NCBI GenBank assembly: GCA_964019335.1
Contig: OZ025680.1
Location: forward strand, 310,001 to 374,000
Direction of reading: 5' to 3'
From: Diplonema japonicum
Taxonomy: Eukaryota; Protista; Euglenozoa: Diplonemea
Length of the DNA stretch: 64,000 nt
This document shows, in pieces, positions 13,160-25,660 of the stretch (positions are counted from its first letter, which is position 1; the number at the start of each line of letters is the position of its first letter). Both the position numbers and the translations under genes were made by a program. The notes under the pieces were generated by a model. That model was not told the DNA's origin. It made no database searches and saw only the letters and a program-made list of their open reading frames with translations.

Positions 13160-14705
13160 CTAAACCTCCTGTGGTGACAAAATAAAAAAAAAGAAAAATA
13201 AAGCATACCGCCTGATGGGTAGGTTCATGAGTGGGGTCATGTTCAGGCTCATGAACAGGTTCATGGGCGAGGGCGGTTTCCTCGGTGGGACCTGTCGGGG
13301 TCTCTGATCCTTTTGTGAGGCAGTACACCACAACTGCGACGACAAGACCAACACCTGCAAGGACACCAACCACAATTCCTGCAATGGCACTCTCACTGAG
13401 CTCATCATCGTCATCAGAGACTTGTAAAGTGTGTGTGATGGAGTTGGTGGCTGTCATGGGAACACATGTGTTGTTCCGAACTGTGTAAGTGGGGTTGCAG
13501 GTGACCGCGATGCACTCCCCCGAAGGAAGCAGCGCTGTGATGGCTGCGTTGCCGAGGACGCAGCCGCTGCCCCCAACGTCAGAGGTAGCCGATGACACTG
13601 TCCCCACCGCAGCCAGCAGGCTTGCGAACTCTGCTGTGTTCAGCTTGGCGTTCATGGCCCCCCTCACGTCAAGCGTTGCGATCGTCACTGCATTCACCCC
13701 CCGCACTTGCGAGATGATGATCAGCGACCCGCAGTGCTGTGTGAGCGCCCCCGTCGTGCCTCCTGTCGTCTGCTCGATGAGGTTCCGCATCGACGTCCCG
13801 TGCACCTGCAGGTCGAACGTCTCGCACGGGATGTTGAACACCAGGGACAGCACCACCTCCACCAGCACCGCTCCAGACCCAGGTTGCACGCATAGGTACG
13901 CCGTCACGTTCCCCTCCGTCACAGGACCGAACCCCGCCCCACATGTGCACTCATAGGTATCCGTGTTGCATGTTGCGTTGGTGTCCCCTAGCGACGTGCA
14001 CACAGCGTCCGACGTGCACCACTTGACAGCCTCGTTGGGCACGGTCGGCGGCGTCACAACCACTTCCTCTGGGACCGTGGCGTTGGGAGCGTCCGCAGGT
14101 GGGTCCGCAGGTGCGTCCACAGGGGTGGCTTTCGGCACAGGAGCGTTCGGGTCGACAGGGGTAGTCGCGTTCGGGGAATCGCTAGGAGTTGTGGCATTAT
14201 CGCCAGGCGCAGTGGCGTTGGGTGCATTAGCAGGTGTGTCATCGGTAGCGTTGGGGGCATCACCGGGCGCAGTGGCGTTGGGAGCATCACCAGGAGTTGT
14301 GGCATTATCACTAGGCGCCGTGGCATTGGGTGCATCGAAGGGGCTGTCGTCAGTAGCATTGGGGGCTTCAACGGGTTCATCAACAGCTTCAGGCTCCGAG
14401 CTGTTGCTCTGGAGGGGACTGTCTGCGGGCTCTGTACTGTTGTCGTCGGGGCTGCCAATGCTGTCTGGCGCAGCTTGCGGGGAGTCATCACCAGGGGCAT
14501 CAGGTGTGGTGGAGTTGTCAGAAGGAGTGTCGCCGGGTGTTGTGGAGTTGTCCGAGGGCATGTCGGCAGGCTCCTCTGCAGGTGCGTCCGCTGGCTCCGA
14601 CGCGTTCTGCGGTGTTTCAGAAGGAACCGCGTCAGGTGTCGCAGACATCGCCAGCCCGCAGCACAGCCCCAGCAGCACTACAGCCACATATGTGTGGGTT
14701 TGCAT
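13160..14705 (-). CDS. Type-I membrane surface protein, paralog 2, with NAT-rich mucin-like stalk; ~501 aa; exons 14705-13209, 13168-13160
   Basis: Signal peptide, many N-A-T sequons, CTSDAVC..C..CTC module, CGSLII motif, TM. A 40-nt GTATGC..CAG intron (13169-13208) gives the C-terminus HQAEV*. Confidence 0.85.
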
Positions 14706-14707
14706 TT

Positions 14708-14738
<31 letters not shown>

Positions 14739-16012
14739 CTTCTTCTTCTTTTTTTATGTACAAACTTCTCCAAGAAAAAACCTGTGAAAACAAATTAGAT
14801 GACAAAAAAAAGAGCACGAAAGGTGTCAAAAAAAAAAAAAAAAAACGCACCTTTAGAGTTGAAACTTCACAAAGGAGAGGAGAAGAGAACAATAAAAAAA
14901 GAGGGAGAAGACACTTTTGCTACGTAGTTGATATATGCAAGGCAGGAGAGGGGAGGGGAGGGGACTGCAGATGGAGCTCTAGGGGGGAACGGGGAGAATA
15001 CGAAGGGGGAAGAAAATACAGGGAAACTACGACTAGCGATAGCCCTCCTTTCCCTGTTTTATTTTTTCCTCCCTTCTTTTCTTTTTTTTTTTTGAGTTTT
15101 CGGCACAAAGGTCTTTTGAAAGCCGAAAAACTTGTAATTTTGGTTTCTCCTCACATATCGCGTTTTAAAAAAATAAAATAAAATAAAATAAAAAAAAGAG
15201 GGTATTTGGAGGGGTATTTTCTTTTTAAGTGGGTCGTAGATAGAAAGAAAAGAAAATCAAGAAACATTCTCAGGAAGGGAGTAAAACAACTTTTTTTTTT
15301 TTGTTAATTGAGGGAGCGAGATACGCTGGTTCTTTTCTTTTTTTTTTTTTCCCCTTTACTTTCACACAAGAGAGTTTGATTTCAGAAAACATCACCCGTG
15401 TGTGATTGCTACGAGGTACTTTTTTTTTCGCCCCTATTTTTTTTCTTCTTCCCGAGGGGGAAAAAAAAAGAAGAAAAGGCGAACAAAATCTCAACATACA
15501 AGACTCTTGGGGGGGGGGGGGGGGGGAGAAGAAAACCGGGCTTACAGGAACAAGGAAGAAAAGAGAATCACGTTACGGTGGTTGGTTGTGGTTTAGGTGG
15601 ATGGGCCACATGTACCACTCTGTGCTGCTGCTTCTTCTTCTTTTCCCCTCTTTTTGTATTGAAAATTAAACTCTTCCCCATCACGACCATTTCACACCCC
15701 CCCTACTGGGGTGTTGTATGTTCTCCCCATGGCCATGACAGCGCAAAAAAAAAAAAAAGAAAAAAGAAAAGCTATTTTATTCACAACGAGTAGTAGTAGG
15801 TGGACGTTTTGTTCTTTTCTTCTCTTTTTTTTTTTCCCCCTTCCCCTTCTTTCTATCCACCATCTGACTTCTTTCAGCACTCTCTCGTTGACACGACTTT
15901 TTTTGGGTTTTTTTTTTTTTTTTTTCCTCTTTTTCTTTTTTTTTTTTTTTATATTTTTTTTTTTTCCAAAAAAAAAAAAAAAAAGATTATTGTAACTAGC
16001 GATAGGAAGGGG

Positions 16013-16040
<28 letters not shown>

Positions 16041-16044
<4 letters not shown>

Positions 16045-17102
16045 ACAATAACCTCATGGCTGCTTTCATCACCCTCGGTGAAGGGTTCGTTACGCGTGGA
16101 GCCCTTCACGCTGACGGTGTGCTCCTGTTCCTTTACAGGTTCTTGCTCAATCGGCTCGTTGGAGACGTCCACGGGTTTCTCATCTTCTTCAACATTCTTT
16201 TCCCCCTTCAAAACATCGCCTGACTCCTCATCACCACCGTTCTCCTGAGGCGTCGCTCCGGAGTTCACAATCCCAAAGTACACGACAACAGCGATCAAGA
16301 TGAACCCTGCAAGGCACCCGAACACTATCCCGACAATTTCTCCATCTTCCAAAGGACCAGCCTCTTCAACGCAAGTGTAATGACGGAGCCACTCCTCAGT
16401 AAGCGAGCGGTTCAGGACACGGTTGTAGTCATCGGCACAGGTCAAAGCATGGCAGCGATCGTCTAGAGGAAAGGATGTTAACACACCAGGTGTTGTTGCA
16501 CAGGTGTGGTTCACAGAGTTGAGCAATGATGTGGTCACGGTGGAACCAAACACCGAAGTTCTGTTGGTGTTGATGATATCTGCGGCTGGCGTGTCAGCAG
16601 GCTGTGCAGCACGCTGGGTTACCAAAACAGGTGAATCCTCCGCAAGAATACCTGAAAGAGTTGTAGAAAAATCAGCGAAAACAGCTGAAGCGGCGAAGAG
16701 GTTAACCTCCACTGTTGTTGACACTGTGACCCCTGACCTGTCGCAGAACATAAATGCGATGGTGATGGACGCGTGTGCGCCTTCGAAGACCTTGTCGAGG
16801 ATTTCAAGAACAAGCTCGTTAGTCGCCTTGTTGTTGTTGCAGGCTACGTTCGGGAAGACCATCGACACCATGAAGGTGTTGTTCACCTGGCTGGCGTCCC
16901 CGCCTATCCACAGGCAGTACTCTGTATTCGCTACTTTCCTGTAACCCGTTGAGCAGGCGCAAGAACCGCTGACGCATGTTCCGGATTTCCCTGTGGACTG
17001 GACGCATTCGGCATTACTTACGCAGCTTACCACATCGTCCACGCCCTGTGCAAGGGCCGGTGAGGCCATGAGGGCAGCAAATAGGAATACTACGAATTTC
17101 AT
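16041..17102 (-). CDS. Type-I membrane surface protein, paralog 3, 353 aa
   Basis: Signal peptide, CVSNAEC..GTCVSGSCAC module, second Cys module, TM GEIVGIVFGCLAGFILIAVVVYF, acidic tail with NEP motifs. Confidence 0.85.
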
Positions 17103-17906
17103 TTTTTTTTTTTTCCCTTTTTGATTTTTTTTTGAAAAGTTTTAAAAAATAAAATAAAAAGTTTTGGGCAACAAAACAAAGATGTCAAAAAAAAAATTGG
17201 GAAAGGGGAGGAGGGGGGGGGGGGGGGGGGGGAGGATAACACAAAGCACAATAAGAAAGGCATGTTGGGAGGGGGAGAACGGAAAATAAAAAACTTTTTT
17301 CTTTTTTCATACTGAAATCCAACGCAGCCTTTTTTTTTTTTTTTTTTCCCTTCTTTCGGTGTTCACAAAAAAACGCGATCACCAAAAAAAGAAAATAAAG
17401 AGGGACTGGGGGGGGAAAGAAATGGGAAATAGGGGCATTTTTTTTCTTTGAAAAGGAAAAAAATGAGCAAAAAAAAAAATGGGAGGCACGGTGGAAAGTA
17501 AAGGGGAGGGCTTGCAGGGAGGGGGTATAATTTAAAGACTTTTTTTAGTCGCGCCCTCAAAATATTCCTCATTCTTAAAAATAAAAAGGTAAAATCTATG
17601 CGCCACAAAGGCAGGTAGATGAGAAGAGGACAGAAAAGATATAAAAATAAAGAAAAATAAAGATGTCTTTGAAGGGAACCTGCAGTATGTGACAGGATCG
17701 CCTAATAAAGAAAACAGGGCCAACACTAATGTCTTGTGGGGCTATAAAAAAAGAAGGCGGGAAAAAAAAGAGAGAAAAAAAAAACAGGGTTGCTGTTGGT
17801 ACCCTTGGTTTGATTTTTTTTCTCTTCTTTTTTTTTTTTACTACCCCCTCTTTTTTTCTTCATTTTTTCTTTTCTTTCTTTTTTTTTTCTTTTCCTAACT
17901 TTGTTT

Positions 17907-17938
<32 letters not shown>

Positions 17939-18959
17939 TGTGTTTTTTTGGGGGCCATTTGCCGCCTGAAGAAACAAACAAAATGTGTTGTAATATTTAT
18001 TTAGCGATCTTATTCTTTGCTCTCCTTTTTTGTTTGCAGCCGAATAAGGGGGCGAAAAAAAAAAGAGAAAAAAAAAGAGAGACCACAGGCTGAAGGTGTG
18101 ATGAAGCCAATCGAAAAACAAAGGAGTAAAAGGAAGAGCGCTAAAACAGTGAATATTCTATGAATGTATTTTGAAAAGTAGCAGTAAGGAAACGGCGGTA
18201 CTGGCGTTGGGGGGGGGGGGTTTAAAAGAAAAAAAGCGGGGAAAAAAAAACTTGTAATGATAACGCAGGGGAGGGCCTCCCACCCATAAGGTGTGTTTTT
18301 TTTTGTCCTTTTTTTTTTGTCCTTTCTTATGGAGTACTGTTCTGAGAGAGGGGGGGCTGAATAAAAAAAATAAAAAATAAAAAAAATAAAAATGGTGTTT
18401 CGGTACTGTCCTTCCTCACTCCCTGTATGGGAGAGAACAAGGATCCCGAAGGAAGAAATATAAAAAAGAGCCATATTAACTGAACCTGATAGGGGGGGGG
18501 GGGGGGGACGAGAATAGGAAGAACAAAAAAAAGAAGAAGGGAAGTATAATATTTTAAAAAAAAAAGAGGGGAGCACGTGAGAAGAAGAAAGAATTATTTT
18601 TTAATTGACACTCTCCTTCAAAAAGTTGTATGTTCTCTACCCCTCTTTTTTTTTTTTTTTTTTTCCCTCTTCTTGGTTTCCCTTCTTTTTTTTTCTTGCC
18701 GCTTCCTTAACACGTCTTCTTTCTCTCGTTGTGTTTCATTAAGTGCCTATCCAAGATAGGTAATAAAAAAAGAAGGTCTCTGCTTTGAAAAAAAAAAATG
18801 AAAAAAAAAATGGGTCGATTTTTTTGTGGGAACTAGAAACTTTAAAGGAAAAAAAAAGGGGGTGGGGTGGGGGAGAAGGGACTTTTATACTGTGTGCGTT
18901 CTCCTTCTAGTCTCTGCTGTTCCCTCTTGCCTGTTTTTTTCTTCTTCTTCGTTTTTTTC

Positions 18960-18990
<31 letters not shown>

Positions 18991-19681
18991 TCCTTTCCTC
19001 CTTTTTCCCTATCCCACCACCTACTTATCTTGACGGGCGAGAACCCGGGAAAAGCAGTCTAGAGGGGACTGGGCAGGGGTATTTGTTTTCCTTTTTTTTC
19101 TTTCTATTTCACTTATTTATTTATTTATTTATTTCTTCCATTCGTAGAGGCAAACGAGCAAAAAGAGCAAAGACGAAGAAGAGGCTCAAGTAAAGAAAAA
19201 AGAGAGAAAATAAAAAAGGGGAATACAGTCACGGAGCAAAAAAAAAGGGGGGGAGGATGGGGAAAATTTTTTCAATTCGTTTTTATTTTATTTCTATAAG
19301 TTTTATTTTTTGTTGTTCATTCAGGGGGGGGGGGGGGGGGGATGAGAGTAACCGAAGGCCTGTCCTAACTGAAGTCACGTACACCTCACCTTTCTTTCTG
19401 CTTTGCCCTTTTCTACTATCCCCTTTTTGCTTCATCCAAGGGGGGACCATCCACTTCACAAAAAAAAAATCACCCCCAGACACACAGAAAGGCGTACAAC
19501 TAGAAAACAGGGAAACGAGAGGCAAAGTACAGGAGGGGTAAAAAAAAAAAAGAGCAGAGAATGGGGAATAGCATGGGAGGGGGGGCAAAAAAATAAAAAA
19601 AAATAAAAACCCACGTAGAAGGAACGGATGGAAAGGGGGAGAGGAGGGGGGGTAAAAAATAAAAATGAAACGTCTAACTTA

Positions 19682-20582
19682 CTACTTCGACCTTTTTTTT
19701 TTTTTTCCCCCCCAAAAAAAAAAAAAAAACAACAACATACTCCAGCAATTTCGCAATGGCTTTAATTTGGTGGGAGCGGAAGTGAGGGAAGAACTCCTCG
19801 AATTGCACCTCACTGTTAGAAAAAAAATTACCCCTCCCTTTTTTTTTTTTCTCATACCCGTCGTGCGACTCGTCCATGAGGTAAAACATTCTCCTTTCTT
19901 CTTCATCAGTGGGTGAATCGCATCCAGTTTGAGTAGCCATGTGATCGAAGACCAAGCTGATCTCGTCGGGCCACAAGGCGCAGGATCTAGAGGCCTTCTT
20001 AGTAGAATCCTTTGAAGAGTCACGCTTCGAAACATTCTCCTCGTAAACTTTCTCGAAAATCTCCTTAGTGTACGCCTTACACTTCTTTGGATCCGTCCTG
20101 CAATTTTTTTTTTTATTTAAAACACATTTTTTTTTTTTTTTTTTTTTTTTCCCATACATGAAATCATTAACCAGTTCGATGTCCATTGTTACGTAGCCTT
20201 TCTTCTCTTTAATGGCTGTCATTTTCTTGATGCGCGTTCGTCTCACCCCAGGTGTCTCTTCCCAAAGGGTAACCGGACGTGTCACAGTCTCAACGTCCTC
20301 TATGGCGCGCATCCAGTCATCGTGTTGGTCCTGGTTGCTAGGGGGTTCGAGGTTCTTGCTCAGCCATCTCTTCTGTTCTTCGGGATCGCGGATTACTGTG
20401 ATCTGGATCTGCGTCCCTTCGAAGACTTCGTTCTGCGGACCGACAGCCTCCAGGAACTTGAACCTCGTCGGTGTCGGGCTGCTGATCAGCTTCCCACCCC
20501 TACCGTTGCTCTGCACCAACACGATCATGTCGTTGACCTCAATGCCACCCTCCTCCGACGCGCCACCCACTGCCAGAACCTT

Positions 20583-20617
<35 letters not shown>

Positions 20618-20704
20618 CCAAAAAAAATTAACACATACCACCATGTTTGCCTGCAGATTTCCGAGGCCAAGGGCACCCGCCTTACCTGTCGCGAGACGCT
20701 TCCT

Positions 20705-20769
<65 letters not shown>

Positions 20770-22939
20770 GTTTTATATAACTCGAGCCGGGTTTTCAAGG
20801 GTGGGAGTGAAAAAAAGATTTTACATTATGTCACTCCCAGCTTTATTTTCACTCCCAGTTTACCTTGCCAGGAGTGAAATAATGTTCGAGCGTGAAATAA
20901 TGTAACATTATTTCACTCCTGGGCCTAATTTCACCTATTTCACCTATTTTTACAATGGGAAGGAAGCCGAAGGCAATGGGCAAGAAGGCGAAGGGTACAA
21001 AGGCAGAGGCGTCGAAGATTATGAACGCCAGCTTGCCATGAAAAGCACTAGCACTTACGAAGCAGAGTGGCAACCGCTTTTGCTCTTTTCACAACTTCAG
21101 AACAACAAGATCGAAAAGCCCGACGGAAGACGAGATAGTATTGTATTTCCAAGATATGAAGGACAATTTGGGCAAGTTACAGCAAGATCAACGCCATCAT
21201 TCAACGAACCTTCGGTAAAAAATGCAGAGCTTTCCCAGGGTTGAACTTCTTTTGAAGCGCTTTGAAGAAGGCCATGAGGTGAAAAAAGCTTCGGTGTTTA
21301 GTCAGGAGCAAATGAAAGAGTATCTGGCAATGAAATTCAGCGACCCCTACAACATAGTGTGTCAGGCATATGCAGCTTGCATGTTTGCAAGCGGGATGAG
21401 GATAAAGGAGTCGCACAAACTGAAATTATTTAGCGACGACACTCTGTAACCCAAATCCCACTTTTCACCTGTTGCAACCCTGCAACCTCCCACCCTTTCA
21501 AACCCGGCTCTTGTTAAATAAAACAACGTATTAGTGAAAATAAGAGCATTATTCCACTTGTGGTGGCAGGTTTAACTCGTAGCTTTTTACTTCACTCGCT
21601 GCGCTCGTGAAGTAAACTAAGATCCCTACTCGTTAAGCCCCCTGCCACCACGCGTGAAATAATGCTATCTTATTTTCACTTAATAAATAGCTATTGTTGT
21701 TGTTGTTGCCGCATACTTCCTTTCCGCCTCCTGGTCCTTCCACAGCCTAAGCGCCCTCCAGTACATAAGCTTGTTGAGGAACTTCCTGACGGCCCTCTGG
21801 ATCCTCTTTGCGTACTCGCTAAGGTCCTCCTCCTCCTCCTCCGGCTCGGGAATGGGGACCACAACAGGAACAGGCACGGGTACAGGTTCAGGTTCAGGTT
21901 CGGGTTCAGGTTCAGGAGCAGGCTCGGGTTCCGGCTCAGGCTCGGGCTCGGGCTCGGGCTCGGGCTCAGGAACAGGTTCAGGTTTCGGTGTGGGGGCTTC
22001 GTCGAAGGGATCATTGACAGGCTGGCTCTCATCGAAGAGGGGCTCGGTGGGTGCGACGGACTTCACCTGCGAAGGCTCGCTCGACTCCACATCGGAGATT
22101 TCCTTAACAGGCTCAGGCTTCTTTGCACAGCAGAGCTTCCAGCACAACACGGCGAGAATAAGCGCACCCCACAGCGAACCGATCACGATACCAGCGATCT
22201 CCCCACCCGACAGCCCACCATCGTCCTCAACACACCGTGTCATGTAGTCATCCACAACCTCAATGTGGTAGCCAGGGATGCAGGTCAGCGCACAGCAAAA
22301 TGTGTTGATCAAGGTAGTCGACACGGAGTGGTCGGATTCACAGGACTTGCCCCCGAAGGAAGCTGCAACCACGATGCCTGATGTGGGGTTGAAGATAGAA
22401 AGACTGTTTGAAAAATCATCGGTGTTTTCAAACTCGGTTTGAAGACCCGCTGACATGCCGTTGATGACCGTCAAGATGTCGGCAGATCTGATGGTAGCGG
22501 TGCCGACCATGAAGACAGAGCCGCACAAGAAGAACAGCGGGGTGTACGGGATGTGGGTGGTTGGCACTGTTTCGTTGAGGTACCTGCTCATCGCTAGGTT
22601 GTAGTCCCCGTTAGTGAGGCCTCTGTCGTTGACGGCAGCCACACAGTCACCCTTAGGGAATCTTGATACGAAGGTCACATCAATCAGTTGGTTTGCGCTT
22701 CCCAGGTACAGGCAGAGTTTCAGTTTGTCAACGTGAAGGAACTCCTTCACATTGCACGTGCAGGAGCCGTTCACGCAAGTAGCCCCTGTGTCCGCAAAAA
22801 TTCTACAATCATTATCGGTGTGGCAGTACGTCACCGGCGGTGCCTCTACTGGTGCCACTGCATACTCAATGGGTTCTGATGCGTTCTGAGCAGCGGACAC
22901 CCCAATGATAAATAGCAAGGCTGATACCTTGAGTTTCAT
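19682..22939 (-). CDS. Type-I membrane protein, paralog 4, with cytoplasmic PE repeat, IQ-like motif, PDZ-like domain and EF-hand; ~676 aa; exons 22939-21717, 20702-20639, 20579-20158, 20097-19858, 19812-19741, 19691-19682
   Basis: Five GTATG..AG introns with consistent phases (total CDS 2031 nt). Splicing creates the EF loop DESHDGEVQFEEF and the PDZ-like [28 protein letters not shown]. The IQ-like motif is [12 protein letters not shown]. Confidence 0.75.
20770..21695 (+). mobile_element. Defective Crypton-like tyrosine-recombinase element (element A) inside intron 20703-21716
   Basis: Inverted repeats 20770-20807 / 21487-21524 (33/38 identical), terminal hairpin ~21531-21683, and a broken recombinase coding region between them. 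Confidence 0.75.
20955..21449 (+). pseudogene. Tyrosine recombinase fragment (N-terminal part up to the first catalytic Arg), frameshifted and truncated
   Basis: Pieces [15 protein letters not shown] and [26 protein letters not shown]...[11 protein letters not shown] match the G-x-R-x-x-E box of lambda-integrase-family recombinases. From memory they resemble Crypton recombinases. Confidence 0.7.
21880..21990 (-). repeat. Coding (Pro-Glu)n repeat
   Basis: 6-bp GGCTCG/GGTTCA units. Confidence 0.9.
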
Positions 22940-23982
22940 TTCCCCTTCTTTTCCTGTGGGAGAGTGGGAACAGTGGGATAGGTTTTGTTTTTTTTTGGGG
23001 GGGGAGAAAAAAAAAGGGTTTACTGGGGGAAGGGTATAAGGTAAGGAGAAAAAAAAAAAGTACTGTAGTATGCGGTTTTTTTTTTTCCCTCCCCCTTTTT
23101 TTCTTTTGCGCTCACCGGCCTAGTTGAGCTTAGTCCCCGTTGAAGGAAGGGGGGAAAATCGAAAACTGGAAGGAGGGGGGGTTTTTTTTTCCCTTCTTTA
23201 TCTCCTCAACCCCCCCTCCCCCCACTTCCTTATGCGGGAAAAAAACTCGAACTGTAGCATCTTCCTTTGAAGAAAAAAAATATAGATAGAATTTTTTTTT
23301 TTCATGTATCTTTCTTTCTTTGGACGTTACATGCTACAACATGACAAAGTAATAAAAAAATATATATATGCTACCCCCTACCTACACCTAAGAACATAAT
23401 TAACTGAAACTGAGCACTACTTGCGGTTTTAACCCCCCCCCCCCCACCCCATCCCCTTTTTTTTTCTTTGGTAATGGGTTTGCAACTTATACAACACACC
23501 AGCTTTCTTTTTGTTTGTCCTTCATTCACTTGGGTTTCTCTTTTTTATGGTAAAAAAAAAGGAGGGGACTGAGTATAAAAAAGAATAGAGTTTATAGAGC
23601 CAAAACAGGTTTTGTGACAACAAGAATTTCGGGGATTCTTTTTTTGAAAGACTAGCCCCTATTCAACATTATCCCCTTTTCTTTTTTTGTGCCCACCATG
23701 CAAGGGAAGAGAGGGAAGGGGTATTTTTTTTTTTAAAACCGGAGTTTACACCGGTATCATATACCCCAGTCACCCCTGCCGCCCCTGATGGTTGAAAGAC
23801 ATTGGACCAGCATTCGCTTTCTTTCTATTCTTCCCCCCCCCCCCCTTCTTTTAAAAGACAAAAAAGGCTGGGGCGGAGAGGGGAGGATATAAAAAAAAAT
23901 TTTTTTTATTCGCAGAAATAAAAATAAAAAAATAGTGGTACGCGGCGTTCCTTTTTTTTTTTTTTCCTTTCTTTTTCATTTT

Positions 23983-25464
23983 TTACAACACCATCAAATT
24001 GATAGACATATTATCGGTCCCAATACCAGAGTCGGTAATACTGGCCGATAAGCATGAATCGCACAACTCGGCTATGATGTCAGAGGGGTTGACGCCTTTT
24101 TCGAGCCTTTCCTTTGCAAAGGAAGCCACCTCCTGATCGGTTTTGCAATCGAAAATACCATCGCAAGCCTGAATAATGAAAAGGTCACCAGGAGAACGAG
24201 GGTGCGTCTGGATGGAAGGGAGCGGCGTAACCGCCTGCTCCTCTGGTGTGAGCGCCCCGGCTTGTTTGAAATCAAAGTCCCCCAACGCTCTGGATACCGC
24301 CAAGATACCTTCAACTCGGCCTTCGACTACTCGACCCCCTGCTTTTTCTATCCGAGATTTCTCCTCGACAAGAGTTGGTTTGTGGTCCATCGATAACGGG
24401 ACAACACCAGATTCTGTCACTAGAACGAGTCTGGTATCACCAGCATTGGCTACAATATATTCAGAATCGGTCATGAGTAGCATGTTTACCGTGGTGCCCA
24501 TTGATCCGTTTAAGTCGGATTTCATGTTTGTCTCCACAAGCTCGTCGGTGTCCAAGAAAAGTTTAATGATTGATTTTTCCCTGTCGTCCTTTGTTTGATT
24601 TGCCACGTCCACATAGTCTTTGATCTTTTCTTTCATTGATGTTTTTACGTAGCTTGCGACCTTGTCCCCGCCGTGCCCGTCAAGTACGCACAGAACGGTG
24701 ATGTTGTCCCCATCGTAGAAAAACTGTTCGTCTTCGTTGCTTATTCGCCAGCCTTGCATTGATGCGGAAGCGATGATGGTTCCCCGGTTTAGTTTCACCG
24801 TTGATAGGTTCTTGTCCGTGATCGGCTCGTCTAAATAGCTGCCTTTGGTCTCGAATGCTGATTCGAGAATCGAATCAAACGGTTCCGATTCCTCAGGTGT
24901 GCAGAACCTCCCTGCCTTGTAGTTCCAAAAGCACTCTTCGTAGTCGCTGATATCGTAGCATAGCTGTGCGGGGAAAGTTTTTTTTTTTTTTTTTTTTTTC
25001 CCGTACCGCGATGAAGTCATCAGCGTTTGCCTTGTAATACTCCTCGGCTGCCTCGTCTGAAAAACTCTTCCCGCTTTTCAGGAAGACCTTGTCTGCCGGT
25101 CGTTTCCCTGTTTTTTCACAGTGGTGGAAGAGATCGTTGAACTTTACGACTTCTAGGTCGGTCTTTTTTTTTTTTTTTTTAAATTTTTTTTTCCCCCCAC
25201 ATACCTGCGGAACGTCTTGACTAGGACCGCCGCTTCCCCCTGCGCTTTCCAATTTTTCGTGCTTCTGTGTCTGTAGATCCTTGCCCGTTGTTAGTGTTGT
25301 ATAAGACCTGATCCGCACCGCTCTCGCCTTTTATTGGGTAGGATTTGTTTCTCTTTTTTTTTTTTCTGTTTACATACATGTTCATCATCAGCCGGTGGGG
25401 ACACAGGCGGCTCAGATGGGATATTTTTGGAGGGGTCAGTATCGATGTTCAGATTGGGTTTCAT
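23983..25464 (-). CDS. PP2C/PPM protein phosphatase, ~448 aa; exons 25464-25378, 25327-25205, 25162-25007, 24963-23983
   Basis: Motifs MQGWRISNED, DGHGG, ANAGD, DHKP, LAVSRALGD, ACDGIFD, GTDN. Three phase-0 GT-AG introns of 50, 42 and 43 nt. Confidence 0.9.
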
Positions 25465-25627
25465 ATTTGTGTTTTTTTTTTTTTTTTTTTTTTTTTTTTC
25501 GTTCTCTCTCCTCCACCTCCTGCCCCCACCACACGTCCCTCCCCCCTGTAAGACGGATCCCCCCCACTCACCGGGAAAAAAAAATGAAATGACGGATCCT
25601 TTCCTTTTTTTTTTGTTTGCTCTCGAG

Positions 25628-25659
<32 letters not shown>

Positions 25660-25660
<1 letters not shown>

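Noticed and set aside
19813-25204. In-frame stop-free A-rich segments (19813-19857, 20098-20157, 25163-25204) read as poly-Lys inserts or RNA-editing targets
   Set aside because: All have GTATG..AG ends, and removing the first restores an EF-hand loop, so they are ordinary introns. Three cases with uncertain homopolymer lengths say nothing about regulated retention.
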